NCBI GenBank assembly: GCA_044370475.1
Contig: JBILVK010000006.1
Coordinates: 1,817-65,816 of the forward strand
Origin: Bacteroidia bacterium
GTDB taxonomy: Bacteria; Bacteroidota; Bacteroidia; UKL13-3
DNA: 64,000 nucleotides
Direction of reading: 5' to 3'
Each line of letters opens with the position of its first letter. Position 1 is the first letter of the stretch. Shown here one piece after another: positions 19,835-29,452 of this stretch. The notes beneath the pieces are model-generated. The model had not been told where the DNA came from and ran no database searches. It was given only the letters and a program-made list of their open reading frames with translations. Both the position numbers and the translations under genes were made by a program.

Positions 19835-20761
19835 TTAGCTAAAAGTGAGCAACTTAGTGAGTATTACCTCCGAAATTTTAGCATAACTTTCTTTCGTCCA
19901 CCCCCCAATATGAGGGGTCAAAATCACATTTTCACGTTTCGAAAGCTCCTCAAACAACTTTTTCTCCTCCAAATTTAGCTCCGCTAAATTTTCATTTTCT
20001 AAAACATCTAAGGCACATCCCAAAATTTTCCCTTGATCCAATCCTAAAATTAAATCATCTGTTTTAACCACTTTTCCCCGACTCAAATTCAACAAAAAAA
20101 ACGGCTTTTTAAATTGCTCAATTAAATGTTGGTGAAGATAGTATTTGGTTTCAACAGTTAAAGGAACATGAAAACTCAAAATATCTGCTTCTGCAGCTAT
20201 TTGATTCCAGTTACTTTCTACCACCCATTTTGACCCAAAACCCGTAAGATATTTGTCGTACACCAATACCTTTACGCCAAAACCACTTAGCTTTTTAGCC
20301 ACTGCCTTGCCCGTATTGCCATACCCAATAATCCCAATCGTTTTTCCTGCCAATTCAAGCCCTCTGTTGGCTTCCCTTAACCAAATACCTTGTTTCACTT
20401 GCGCATGTGCCCTAGATAAATGATTAAGCAACATCAACAACATGCCCAAGGTATGCTCGCCCACCGCATCAGAATTGGCTTCCCCAGCATTAAAACAAGT
20501 AATCCCCCTTTCACTGGCCAGGTTTAAGTCAATATTATCTAAACCTGCTCCGGCTCGGGCTATCACTTTCAGTTTCTTTGCAGCTCCCAACACCTCTGCA
20601 TCTATGGGCGTTTTGGTTCGGACCACCAACACTTCTTGCTCTTCAATTAGGCGAATAATGTCTGCTCGATTTGCATTTGGTAAATAAAGAACGTTATGTC
20701 CAAGATCACTTAAGCCTGTAATTAACAGCTCATGAACATCATCAACAATGAAGATTTTCAT
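19835..20761 (-). CDS. D-isomer-specific 2-hydroxyacid dehydrogenase (phosphoglycerate dehydrogenase-like)
   Basis: NAD-binding GKTIGIIGYGNTGKAVAKKL, catalytic LTPHIGG, and ARAGAGLDNID. Start chosen at MKIFIVDD; the track ORF starts 11 codons earlier. Confidence 0.75.
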   Translation of the reverse strand: MKIFIVDDVHELLITGLSDLGHNVLYLPNANRADIIRLIEEQEVLVVRTKTPIDAEVLGAAKKLKVIARAGAGLDNIDLNLASERGITCFNAGEANSDAVGEHTLGMLLMLLNHLSRAHAQVKQGIWLREANRGLELAGKTIGIIGYGNTGKAVAKKLSGFGVKVLVYDKYLTGFGSKWVVESNWNQIAAEADILSFHVPLTVETKYYLHQHLIEQFKKPFFLLNLSRGKVVKTDDLILGLDQGKILGCALDVLENENLAELNLEEKKLFEELSKRENVILTPHIGGWTKESYAKISEVILTKLLTFS

Positions 20762-20833
20762 ACCCTGCTTTACAACTTCTAAGTTACCTTTCATGTTATT
20801 AGTAATATTTTTTTAATATAAGGTTGCACCAAG

Positions 20834-22195
20834 CTAAATGTTGTGGTACAACATGCGCCCAATTGTAAAGTAAATTACAATACCCAAAAGGTCGTTACTT
20901 GTAGTAATAAATGGACCTGTAGCTATTGCTGGGTCAATTTTAAGCCTATTTAAAAACATGGGAATAAAGGTGCCAAAAACAGAAGCAAAAATAATCACCG
21001 TGATCAAAGCTATGCTCACCGTAACCGCCAATTCATATGAATCATGAAAGGCTAAATTATACGCCAATATCAAAACAGAACAAATTAATCCGTTGATAAG
21101 CGCCACGCGCAACTCTTTTAAAATACGCTGACCAATATTTCTAGTACCCAAGGTATCATTTGCCAAACCTTGAACTACAATTGCAGAAGATTGTACCCCA
21201 ACATTTCCGCCCATTGCCGCAATTAAAGGAATAAAAAATGCCATCTCTGGGTGAATCATAATTTCATTCTCATACAAACCCAAAAACCTAGAGCTGGCAA
21301 TACCTCCTAATAAACCAATCACCAACCAAGGTAAGCGCGCACGTGCCAATATCCACACCTTATCTGTGGCATCCACATCCTCGGTAATACCACTCATCAA
21401 TTGGTAATCTTCATCGGCTTCCTCTGTAATCAAATCAACCACATCGTCTACCGTAATTCGTCCAACCAATCTCCCCAAAGTATCTACCACCGGCAGTGCC
21501 ACCAAATCATACTTCTTGGTAATATTAGCAACCTCTTCCACCTTAGAAGAAGTAGACACAGAAATAACTTCACGGTTTACCACCTCAGAAATATGAGATT
21601 CGGGCCGAGCCAAAATCAAGTTTTTCAAGGTAATTAATCCAACTAAACGCTCCAAACTATCTACCACATAAACCACCAAAACGCTATCTACATTCTCGGC
21701 CTGTATCCTAATTTCGTCAATACATTGTATAATGGTCCAACCTTCATATACCTTAATTAACTCAACTGCCATCAAGCTTCCAGCAGTCTCATCCTCGTAC
21801 TTAATTAAATTCAACAAACTACTCGCAAACTCAATATCCTGCAATTGCGAAATAATTTCTTCTTTGGCAGAATTAGAAAAGTGATTCAAAATATAAGCAG
21901 CATCATCACTGTCCATTTTCTCCACAAATTCTATGGCAATTTCTTTGGGCGAATAGGCCGCTAAAAAGGCCTCACGCGCATTCTCCTCCATTTCAACCAA
22001 TACCTCAATCACCACTTCCTTTGGCAAAGCATTCATCACCAAGCGAGCCTCGTCTTTATCTAAACGATTAATAACCGCAGCAATATCTTGCGGATACATA
22101 CTCTCCAATTGGGTCCTGAGTTCATCATGAGATTCCTCATCAAACCAAGAGCGAAATAGCTTAATTAAGGCGTTGTCGACTTGTATTTTTTCCAT
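20834..22195 (-). CDS. mgtE: Magnesium transporter MgtE
   Basis: N-terminal MgtE domain, two CBS-like segments and a C-terminal TM domain with GGNVGVQSSAIVVQG and PFITTSNDLLG motifs. Confidence 0.9.
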   Translation of the reverse strand: MEKIQVDNALIKLFRSWFDEESHDELRTQLESMYPQDIAAVINRLDKDEARLVMNALPKEVVIEVLVEMEENAREAFLAAYSPKEIAIEFVEKMDSDDAAYILNHFSNSAKEEIISQLQDIEFASSLLNLIKYEDETAGSLMAVELIKVYEGWTIIQCIDEIRIQAENVDSVLVVYVVDSLERLVGLITLKNLILARPESHISEVVNREVISVSTSSKVEEVANITKKYDLVALPVVDTLGRLVGRITVDDVVDLITEEADEDYQLMSGITEDVDATDKVWILARARLPWLVIGLLGGIASSRFLGLYENEIMIHPEMAFFIPLIAAMGGNVGVQSSAIVVQGLANDTLGTRNIGQRILKELRVALINGLICSVLILAYNLAFHDSYELAVTVSIALITVIIFASVFGTFIPMFLNRLKIDPAIATGPFITTSNDLLGIVIYFTIGRMLYHNI

Positions 22196-22980
22196 TATTG
22201 ATGAGCTGCAATTAATTGTGTTAATGCCACAAAATCTTTTACACTTAATTCTTCTGCGCGCTTGGATGCATATTCACCTAAGGTCTGATCCGATATGCCG
22301 AAGCTAGAGATTGCATTCCTGAGTTTCTTCCGGCGCTGATTAAAGGCTGTTTTCACTACTTTCCTAAAGAGCACCTCATCACATCCTAATTCCCCATCAC
22401 GCCGCGTCATGCGTATTACTCCAGATTTCACTTTGGGAGGGGGATTAAACACATGTTCTGGTACCGTAAGTAAATATTCTACCTCATAAAATGCTTGGGT
22501 TATTACAGATATTATTCCGTATTCTTTACCGCCATGTTTGGCCCCAATGCGCTCTGCCACTTCCTTCTGAAACATGCCAACCATAAATGGAACCACCGCA
22601 CGATGGTCTAAAATATGGAAGATAATTTGCGAAGAAATATTATACGGAAAGTTACCTATAACGGCAATGCCATTTGGAAACAACTTTAACAAATCAAGCT
22701 CCAAAAAACTCTCACTTATTAGTCGCTCACTCATCTGAGGATAAGTAGCCATTAAATAGCTTACAGATTCTCTATCTACCTCGGCAGCCCAAGTAACGAG
22801 CTCGCCAATTGGCAACAAATATTGGGTAAGTACGCCCATTCCCGGACCTACTTCTAATACCGCCCCATTTGGATAAACCTGTACCAAGGAATCAACAATG
22901 CTGGAGGCAATATTGAGGTCTTTTAAAAAATGTTGACCCAGATGTTTCTTGGCCCTCACTAACTCTGTCATAATCTGCAA
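22195..22980 (-). CDS. rsmA: 16S rRNA (adenine1518/1519-N6)-dimethyltransferase RsmA/KsgA
   Basis: KKHLGQHFL, SAM motif VLEVGPGMGVLT, and GNFPYNISSQI. Its TAA stop overlaps the mgtE ATG by 1 nt. Confidence 0.9.
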   Translation of the reverse strand: MQIMTELVRAKKHLGQHFLKDLNIASSIVDSLVQVYPNGAVLEVGPGMGVLTQYLLPIGELVTWAAEVDRESVSYLMATYPQMSERLISESFLELDLLKLFPNGIAVIGNFPYNISSQIIFHILDHRAVVPFMVGMFQKEVAERIGAKHGGKEYGIISVITQAFYEVEYLLTVPEHVFNPPPKVKSGVIRMTRRDGELGCDEVLFRKVVKTAFNQRRKKLRNAISSFGISDQTLGEYASKRAEELSVKDFVALTQLIAAHQ

Positions 22981-23078
22981 ATAGAAAGGTTTTGAGGGAG
23001 AAATTGAAGCAAATCATAAAATGTTTCTGATTTTTTTTTAAAACCTTGCTTATATTAGTGCCTTAAAAAGTAATACCC

Positions 23079-23339
23079 ATGAAAAAAGTACTTCGTTTAT
23101 TTTTATTCGCTACCTTCCTATTCTTAATTGGTTCGGCCAAAAGCTTTGCACAAACCGTTTACGTAACAGATAACGGGAAAAAGTACCATGCTAAAAATTG
23201 CACCTTAGCAAAAACTGGCAAGAAAGGCTTAGAACTTAGTGAGGCCAAAAAGAAAGGTTTTGAGCCTTGCAAAAATTGTAAGGCAGATGCCATTAAGCCA
23301 GAAGAAAAAAAAGCAACTCCAGCAAAAGCTAAAAAGTAA
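23079..23339 (+). CDS. Small secreted Lys-rich protein with an H/C...CxxC putative metal-binding motif
   Basis: Signal peptide ending FAQ, then KYHAKNC...GFEPCKNCKA and a KPEEKKATPAKAKK tail. Followed by a terminator. Confidence 0.45.
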   Translation: MKKVLRLFLFATFLFLIGSAKSFAQTVYVTDNGKKYHAKNCTLAKTGKKGLELSEAKKKGFEPCKNCKADAIKPEEKKATPAKAKK

Positions 23340-23361
23340 TTTTCTTTTCTTGAAAAACCAC

Positions 23362-23390
23362 AAAAGCCTGTTTTATAGCAGGCTTTTTGT
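23362..23390 (+). terminator. Intrinsic terminator
   Basis: AAAGCCTG-ttttata-gCAGGCTTT followed by a T-run, about 25 nt after the stop at 23339. Confidence 0.55.
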
Positions 23391-23469
23391 TTCCCAATAT
23401 TGGTATTTATCCCTTATTATTGCGCAGCAAAATTGTGCAGCTAAGTAGCGCATTCTAAAGCAAATTATT

Positions 23470-24903
23470 ATGACCATACAAATTAAATCGCAAGCGAAAT
23501 CTCTTAAAGACCAATCCTTTTTAATTTTAAGCAATAAAAACAATACGTTTCAAGGCTTTAATTTTACCAAAGAAGAAATTGCTTATATCAAAAAAAGACA
23601 AGCCGATAAAGACAATTATATTCTAATTAATAGGTTCAGCCACCTTGTTTTTATACAGATTACCGACGAGTGGGAAGCTAAGTCGTCTACAGAACAATTG
23701 GAACAATTTAGATTGTTGGGAAATAAAATTTGCACAGCCCTTAACGTGCACAAATACAACCATGTTTTTCTAGATGGCACCGCCCATGAGGATTGGATTC
23801 TTGCGGTGGCAGAAGGAATTGCCTTGAGCAACTATCAATTCTTAAAGTATAAATCTGAGAAAAAATCTGAGAATAGCTTAAAAACAATTGGTATTGCTTC
23901 TAAAAACACCCAATTGCATGCAGAACTACAATTGCTTGTAAATGCAGTTTACAAGGCTAGAACTTGGGTAAATGAACCTCAATCTTATCTTACTTCTGTA
24001 AGCTTTGCCAAAGAAATTAAAGCAATGGCAAGTGAAGCGAAGTTGTCTTGTGAAGTGCTCAATAAAAAACAAATTGAAGCGCTTAAAATGGGCGGACTTC
24101 TTGCTGTAAACTTAGGTAGTAAAACGCCGCCTACTTTTACCATACTTGAGCATAAACCTAAAAATGCCAAAAACAAAAAGCCACTAGTGCTGGTAGGCAA
24201 AGGAGTGGTGTATGATACAGGTGGATTAAGCCTAAAACCTACTCCAAATTCTATGGATACCATGAAGTGTGATATGGCGGGTGCGGCGGCTGTTGCGGCA
24301 GCTATGCAAGCAATTGCCCACGCAAAATTACCTTACCATGTGGTTGCTCTTATTCCTTCTACAGATAACCGTCCGGGCGAAAATGCCTACACCCCTGGAG
24401 ATGTGGTAACCATGTTTGATGGGCAAACCGTAGAGGTGCTTAATACAGATGCCGAAGGTCGCATGCTCTTAGGCGATGCCTTGGCTTATGCCAAAAAATA
24501 TGAGCCTTCTTTGGTCTTAGATTTTGCTACCCTAACTGGCGCTGCAGCCGCTGCCATTGGTTCTTTTGGAACAGTTTGCATGGGCACCGCAGATGAAAAA
24601 ACTAAAGCACATTTAAAAGAATGTGGCAATAAGGTGCACGAGAGATTGGTGGAATTTCCTTTTTGGGACGATTATGCCAACCTCATCAAAAGCGATTTGG
24701 CCGACATGAAAAATATAGGTGGTCCCGTTGGCGGTGCCATTACTGCTGGAAAGTTTTTAGAAAAGTATACTAATTACCCTTGGATGCATTTCGACATAGC
24801 AGGACCAGCGTTTCTAAGCAGCGCAGATGCCTATAGAGGCAAGCAAGGCACAGGAGTTGGCGTGCGTTTAATTTTTGAATTTGTAAAACAATTGAGCAAA
24901 TAA
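23470..24903 (+). CDS. pepA: Leucyl aminopeptidase (peptidase family M17)
   Basis: M17 signature VLNTDAEGRMLLGDAL, plus VGKGVVYDTGGLSLKP and MKCDMAGAAAV. Confidence 0.85.
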   Translation: MTIQIKSQAKSLKDQSFLILSNKNNTFQGFNFTKEEIAYIKKRQADKDNYILINRFSHLVFIQITDEWEAKSSTEQLEQFRLLGNKICTALNVHKYNHVFLDGTAHEDWILAVAEGIALSNYQFLKYKSEKKSENSLKTIGIASKNTQLHAELQLLVNAVYKARTWVNEPQSYLTSVSFAKEIKAMASEAKLSCEVLNKKQIEALKMGGLLAVNLGSKTPPTFTILEHKPKNAKNKKPLVLVGKGVVYDTGGLSLKPTPNSMDTMKCDMAGAAAVAAAMQAIAHAKLPYHVVALIPSTDNRPGENAYTPGDVVTMFDGQTVEVLNTDAEGRMLLGDALAYAKKYEPSLVLDFATLTGAAAAAIGSFGTVCMGTADEKTKAHLKECGNKVHERLVEFPFWDDYANLIKSDLADMKNIGGPVGGAITAGKFLEKYTNYPWMHFDIAGPAFLSSADAYRGKQGTGVGVRLIFEFVKQLSK

Positions 24904-25970
24904 TGAGCAAATTACCCATCATTGGCATTACCATGGGCGATATCAACAGCATCGCTACAGAAGTAATAATAAAAAGCCTATTAGACCACCGCATCAATGA
25001 ATATTGCGTGCCTGTTGTGTATGGCTCCCCCAAAGTTATAACCTTCTGGAAAAAACTATTGGGCTTCCACGATTTCCAACTCAATATCATCAAAAGCTTG
25101 GATCAGATAAACCACAAACGTTCAAATATTTTGGTTTGCTGGGAAGAAGATGTAGACATTAAACCTGGTGAGGCCACAGATCTGGCTGGCAAGTATGCTT
25201 TTAAAGCCCTACAGGCCGCCACTCAAGATGCAATCAGTGGTAAGTTGCAAGCCATTGTAACCGCTCCACTCAATAAAAACACCGTAAATACACCAGATTT
25301 TCACTTTACTGGGCATACAGAATACCTTGCCCAACAAGCCAATTCACCTTATTTAATGGTGTTGAGCTCAGATGATTTGAAAATGGCCTTGGCAACCGGA
25401 CATGTTCCAGTGAAAGATGTAGCGGCAAACCTCAGCATCGACGGCATTTATGGCAAAATAAAATTATTAAATGATAGCCTTCAAAAAGATTTTGGCATAG
25501 TTAAACCCAAAATTGCTGTTCTCGGTCTGAACCCACACGCTGGCGACAATGGGCTTTTGGGAAGCGAAGAAAAAGACATCATCATCCCGGCAGTAGATAA
25601 AGCCAAAAATGAGAACCAGATTTTCGTTAGAGGCCCATACCCTGCAGATGGATTCTTTGGTTCGAACCAACACCTGCAATTTGACGGTATTCTGGCCATG
25701 TACCATGACCAAGGGCTGGTTCCATTTAAATATGCCTCTTTTGACTCTGGGGTAAATGTAACAGCTGGACTCCCTTTTGTGCGCACCTCCCCAGACCATG
25801 GCACCGCTTATGACATTGCTGGCAAGAACCAAGCAAGTGAGCAATCTATGCGAAATGCCCTTTTTATGGCCATCGATATTTGGGCCAGAAGGAACAATTT
25901 TGCAGAGATAAACGCCAATCCACTTCCCCTCAATGTAGGAAAACGCGAAAGGTTTAGAATCGACTTCTAA
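24903..25970 (+). CDS. pdxA: 4-hydroxythreonine-4-phosphate dehydrogenase PdxA
   Basis: FTGHTEYLA, LGLNPHAGDNG, MYHDQGL and TSPDHGTAYDIAG motifs. The start overlaps the pepA stop. Confidence 0.85.
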   Translation: MSKLPIIGITMGDINSIATEVIIKSLLDHRINEYCVPVVYGSPKVITFWKKLLGFHDFQLNIIKSLDQINHKRSNILVCWEEDVDIKPGEATDLAGKYAFKALQAATQDAISGKLQAIVTAPLNKNTVNTPDFHFTGHTEYLAQQANSPYLMVLSSDDLKMALATGHVPVKDVAANLSIDGIYGKIKLLNDSLQKDFGIVKPKIAVLGLNPHAGDNGLLGSEEKDIIIPAVDKAKNENQIFVRGPYPADGFFGSNQHLQFDGILAMYHDQGLVPFKYASFDSGVNVTAGLPFVRTSPDHGTAYDIAGKNQASEQSMRNALFMAIDIWARRNNFAEINANPLPLNVGKRERFRIDF

Positions 25971-26053
25971 ATTTTAAAGCACTAGAAATGAGAGGAAAAG
26001 AATTATTTAAGGCCATTTTAGGCGATTGATATTCAGCTATTTTTCAAAAAAAA

Positions 26054-26084
26054 TTGAGAATTTTATCACTAAACCCTATCTTTG
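26054..26084 (+). promoter_or_regulatory. Bacteroidota sigma-A type promoter (TTG-N20-TATCTTTG) for the yceD-rpmF-plsX-fabH block
   Basis: TTG at about 26054-26056 and TATCTTTG at about 26077-26084 match the -33 TTTG / -7 TAnnTTTG consensus and its spacing. Confidence 0.4.
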
Positions 26085-26096
26085 CCGGCTATAATA

Positions 26097-26648
26097 ATGG
26101 GAACGAGGTCTAAAGCATACCTAATTGAATTCAACAAGCTTGTAATGGGGCCCAATGAATTTGATTTTGACTTGAACGATCAGTTTTTGTCGGAGTTTGA
26201 ATTTGCTCCGCTCGAGCACTGTGAGATTAAGGTAGATTTGAAATTGATTAAATCAGAGTCGATGTACGACTTAAAATTTGATTTCAATGGATATGCAAAA
26301 GTGCCTTGCGATACCTGTGCAGAGGATCTTAATTTGCCAATACAACAAAAGTTTGGGCTTATTATGAGACTAAGCGAGGAAAATAATTTCGACGACAGCG
26401 AGATTATTTACATTGCAAGAACAGAGATTGAGTTCGACCTAAAGCAATACTTATATGAAAGCCTTTTATTAGCGCTGCCTATAAAGAAAAATTGTGAGGG
26501 CATGTCTGAACCAAAACCTTGTAACGAAGATGTTTTGAAAAGATTAGCCCATGTAGAAGAAAAAGAAGAAGATGAAGACGGAGATGACAACTCAGACGAC
26601 CAAGAGGGTGATCCACGTTGGAATAAATTAAAAGATTTACTAAACTAA
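26097..26648 (+). CDS. YceD/DUF177 family protein (large ribosomal RNA subunit accumulation protein)
   Basis: Conserved position directly upstream of rpm[13 protein letters not shown] motif and an acidic C-terminal tail. Start moved to the ATG at 26097 because the track's TTG at 26082 lies inside the -7 box. Confidence 0.7.
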   Translation: MGTRSKAYLIEFNKLVMGPNEFDFDLNDQFLSEFEFAPLEHCEIKVDLKLIKSESMYDLKFDFNGYAKVPCDTCAEDLNLPIQQKFGLIMRLSEENNFDDSEIIYIARTEIEFDLKQYLYESLLLALPIKKNCEGMSEPKPCNEDVLKRLAHVEEKEEDEDGDDNSDDQEGDPRWNKLKDLLN

Positions 26649-26667
26649 TAATAAGGAGAAATATAAC

Positions 26668-26853
26668 ATGCCTAATCCAAAACGCAAAATCTCAAATGCA
26701 AGACGCGATAAGCGCAGAACGCATTACAAAGGCGCTAATCCTACAGTTTCTGTAGATGCAACATCTGGCGAAACTCATTTACGTCACCGTGTTACACCTA
26801 ATGGTTACTACAAAGGGAAATTAGCTTTCCCTGAGATGCAGAAAGATATTTAA
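26668..26853 (+). CDS. rpmF: 50S ribosomal protein L32
   Basis: [21 protein letters not shown] is the canonical L32 N-terminus. 61 aa. Confidence 0.9.
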   Translation: MPNPKRKISNARRDKRRTHYKGANPTVSVDATSGETHLRHRVTPNGYYKGKLAFPEMQKDI

Positions 26854-26883
26854 TCACTTGCATTCCTGCAAAATCTCGCTTGA

Positions 26884-27843
26884 ATGAAAATTGGTTTTGA
26901 TATCATGGGGGGTGATTACGCCCCTAAGGAAGCAATTGCTGGAGCAGTAATTGCCCAAAAAGAATTGGCAGGAATAGCCAGAATTGTGCTCATTGGCGAC
27001 AAAGAGCAGGCTATTCACCACGTTATAAATGAAGGTGGTAATGTTGACGACTTTGACTTTGTGCATACCACAGAAGTCATTGGCATGAGTGAACATCCAA
27101 CTAAGGCCATTTCGCAAAAGAAAGATTCAAGCATTTCTGTTGGATTTGGACTTTTAGCGCGCAAGAATATTGACGCCTTTGTGAGTGCTGGAAATACTGG
27201 TGCTATGCTTGTGGGTGCCATGTTCTCTGTAAAACCAATTGAAGGGGTAATTAGACCTTGTGTTACTGCAATGGTACCAAAAGCAAAAGGAGGGGTTGGT
27301 TTACTACTTGATGTAGGTGCTAATGCCGACTGTAAGCCAGATGTACTTTATCAGTTTGGAATACTTGGTTCATTGTTGCTTCAACATGTTTACAAAGTAC
27401 CTAATCCAAAAGTGGGTTTACTCAGTATCGGTGAAGAAAAAGAAAAAGGTAACTTAGTTACCGTTTCTGCTCATCACATCATGGAGGATACCAACCAATT
27501 CCATTTCATTGGAAATGTAGAAGGTAGAGACATTATTTCTGATAAAGTTGACGTAATTGTTTGCGAAGGCTTTACGGGTAATGTGGTGCTTAAGGCACTT
27601 GAATCTATGTATTTCGTTTTGAGAAAACGTGGTATCAACGACGAATATCTAGAAAGCTTTAATTACGAAAACTTTGGTGGAACACCTATCTTAGGAGTAA
27701 ATGCACCCGTAATTATTGGTCATGGTATCTCAAATGACAAAGCCTTCAAAAACATGCTATTGTCTGCTCGTGACGTTGTAGATTCTAAACTTGTACAGAT
27801 CATTCACGACGCCTTTCAAAATCTCGTACCACCTTCACAATAA
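26884..27843 (+). CDS. plsX: Phosphate acyltransferase PlsX
   Basis: MKIGFDIMGGDYAP, FVSAGNTGA and CEGFTGNVVLK motifs. Confidence 0.9.
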   Translation: MKIGFDIMGGDYAPKEAIAGAVIAQKELAGIARIVLIGDKEQAIHHVINEGGNVDDFDFVHTTEVIGMSEHPTKAISQKKDSSISVGFGLLARKNIDAFVSAGNTGAMLVGAMFSVKPIEGVIRPCVTAMVPKAKGGVGLLLDVGANADCKPDVLYQFGILGSLLLQHVYKVPNPKVGLLSIGEEKEKGNLVTVSAHHIMEDTNQFHFIGNVEGRDIISDKVDVIVCEGFTGNVVLKALESMYFVLRKRGINDEYLESFNYENFGGTPILGVNAPVIIGHGISNDKAFKNMLLSARDVVDSKLVQIIHDAFQNLVPPSQ

Positions 27844-28850
27844 TGACAAAAATTACTGCAGCTATAACGGCAATAAACGGATATGTTCCACCAGATTTGC
27901 TTACCAACAAAGACCTGGAATTATTAGTGGACACCTCAGACGAATGGATAACATCTCGTACAGGTATCAATGAGCGACATATTCTTAAAGACCCTGCCTT
28001 AGCAACTTCCGATATGGCGGTTGAAGCAGTTAATGGACTTCTTAAAAAAAGAGGTATTGGTGCCGATGAAATTGAGTTAATCATTTTCGCAACGGTTACT
28101 CCCGATTTAATATTCCCATCTTCGGCATGTATATTGGCCGATAAAATTGGCGCTAAAAACGCTTTTGCATTCGATTTAATGGCGGCATGTTCTGGCTTCT
28201 TATTTTCCCTTCAAACAGCGTCTAGCTTTATCGAATCTGGTAAATACAAAAAAATCTTGGTGGTAGGCGCAGATAAAATGTCGTCTATCATTGATTATAC
28301 AGATAGAAATACCTGCATCATCTTTGGAGATGGTTGCGGGGCCGTTTTGCTTGAACCAAACTACGAAGGAAATGGCATCATAGATGCTGTTTTGAAATCG
28401 GATGGTTCTGGCAGACATTTCCTTCACCAAAAAGCAGGTGGTTCACTAAAACCACCTACACACGAAACCGTTGATGCCAAAGAGCATTATGTTTACCAAG
28501 ATGGCAAACAAGTGTTCAAATTTGCTGTAACAGGGATGGCCGATGTATCGGCACAAATTATGGAACGTAACAACCTAACTTCAGATGATATTTCTTGGTT
28601 AGTTCCTCATCAAGCAAACTTGAGAATCATAGATGCTACAGCCCAAAGAATGGGCTTAGACAAAGAGAAAGTAATGATTAATATAGACCATTTTGGTAAT
28701 ACCACAAATGGTACCCTCCCACTCTGTTTATGGGAATGGGAATCGAAATTGAAAAAGGGCGATAATCTAGTATTAGCTGCATTTGGCGGGGGATTTACTT
28801 GGGGTGCTATCTACCTCAAATGGGCTTACGATGGTGATGCAGCCAAATAA
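27843..28850 (+). CDS. fabH: 3-oxoacyl-ACP synthase III FabH
   Basis: Active-site AACSGF, HQANLRII, and GNTTNGTLPL...FGGGFTWG. Confidence 0.9.
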   Translation: MTKITAAITAINGYVPPDLLTNKDLELLVDTSDEWITSRTGINERHILKDPALATSDMAVEAVNGLLKKRGIGADEIELIIFATVTPDLIFPSSACILADKIGAKNAFAFDLMAACSGFLFSLQTASSFIESGKYKKILVVGADKMSSIIDYTDRNTCIIFGDGCGAVLLEPNYEGNGIIDAVLKSDGSGRHFLHQKAGGSLKPPTHETVDAKEHYVYQDGKQVFKFAVTGMADVSAQIMERNNLTSDDISWLVPHQANLRIIDATAQRMGLDKEKVMINIDHFGNTTNGTLPLCLWEWESKLKKGDNLVLAAFGGGFTWGAIYLKWAYDGDAAK

Positions 28851-28923
28851 TTTGGCTTTTTTTTTCTAAACACATTGTCAAACCATATTTTTGAATAAAT
28901 TTGATAGATTAATAGGAATAGTT

Positions 28924-29394
28924 ATGGAATTAAAAGAAATAAAAGAATTAATTAAATTGGTTTCAGAATCAGGAGTTTCTGAAGTTGAAGTGGAACGTGG
29001 TGATTTTAAAATTGCCATCAAAAAAACAGATGAAAAAACCATGGTTGTTCAACATTCTCAACCTATGATGGTTCATTCACAAGCTGCTCATGTTCATGCT
29101 CCAGCTGTGGAAAGACACGAAGCACCAGCTCCTAAAGTGGAGGCTGTAAGCAATTTCATTACCATCAAATCGCCAATGATTGGTACCTTCTACAAGTCTC
29201 CTTCACCAGATAAACCTGCCTTTGTGCAAATAGGCGACGAAATAAAAATTGGTCAGGTTCTTTGTGTTGTTGAAGCCATGAAATTATTCAATGAAATTGA
29301 ATCTGAAGTGTCGGGTAGAATTGTAAAAATCCTAGTAGACAACGCTTCTCCAGTTGAATACGATCAACCATTATTCCTAGTAGAACCTAAGTAA
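28924..29394 (+). CDS. accB: Acetyl-CoA carboxylase biotin carboxyl carrier protein
   Basis: Biotinylation motif CVVEAMKLFNEIE with an Ala/Pro-rich linker. Start set at the ATG MELKEIKELIK, since the track ORF starts at a TTG at 28891. A TATTTTTG -7-like box lies at about 28886-28893. Confidence 0.85.
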   Translation: MELKEIKELIKLVSESGVSEVEVERGDFKIAIKKTDEKTMVVQHSQPMMVHSQAAHVHAPAVERHEAPAPKVEAVSNFITIKSPMIGTFYKSPSPDKPAFVQIGDEIKIGQVLCVVEAMKLFNEIESEVSGRIVKILVDNASPVEYDQPLFLVEPK

Positions 29395-29452
29395 TTTGTT
29401 GCATCAACAAATTGTATTTCTTATCAAAAGGTTTTCATAACCCAAATTTCTT

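Noticed and set aside
23239-23448. 69-aa plus-strand ORF overlapping the end of the small Lys-rich protein gene.
   Set aside because: It is an alternate frame of the Lys-rich AAA/AAG tract and runs through the terminator hairpin. It has no start context.
25467-25844. 125-aa and 107-aa minus-strand ORFs.
   Set aside because: They lie entirely inside pdxA, which has all its signature motifs, and have no independent signals.
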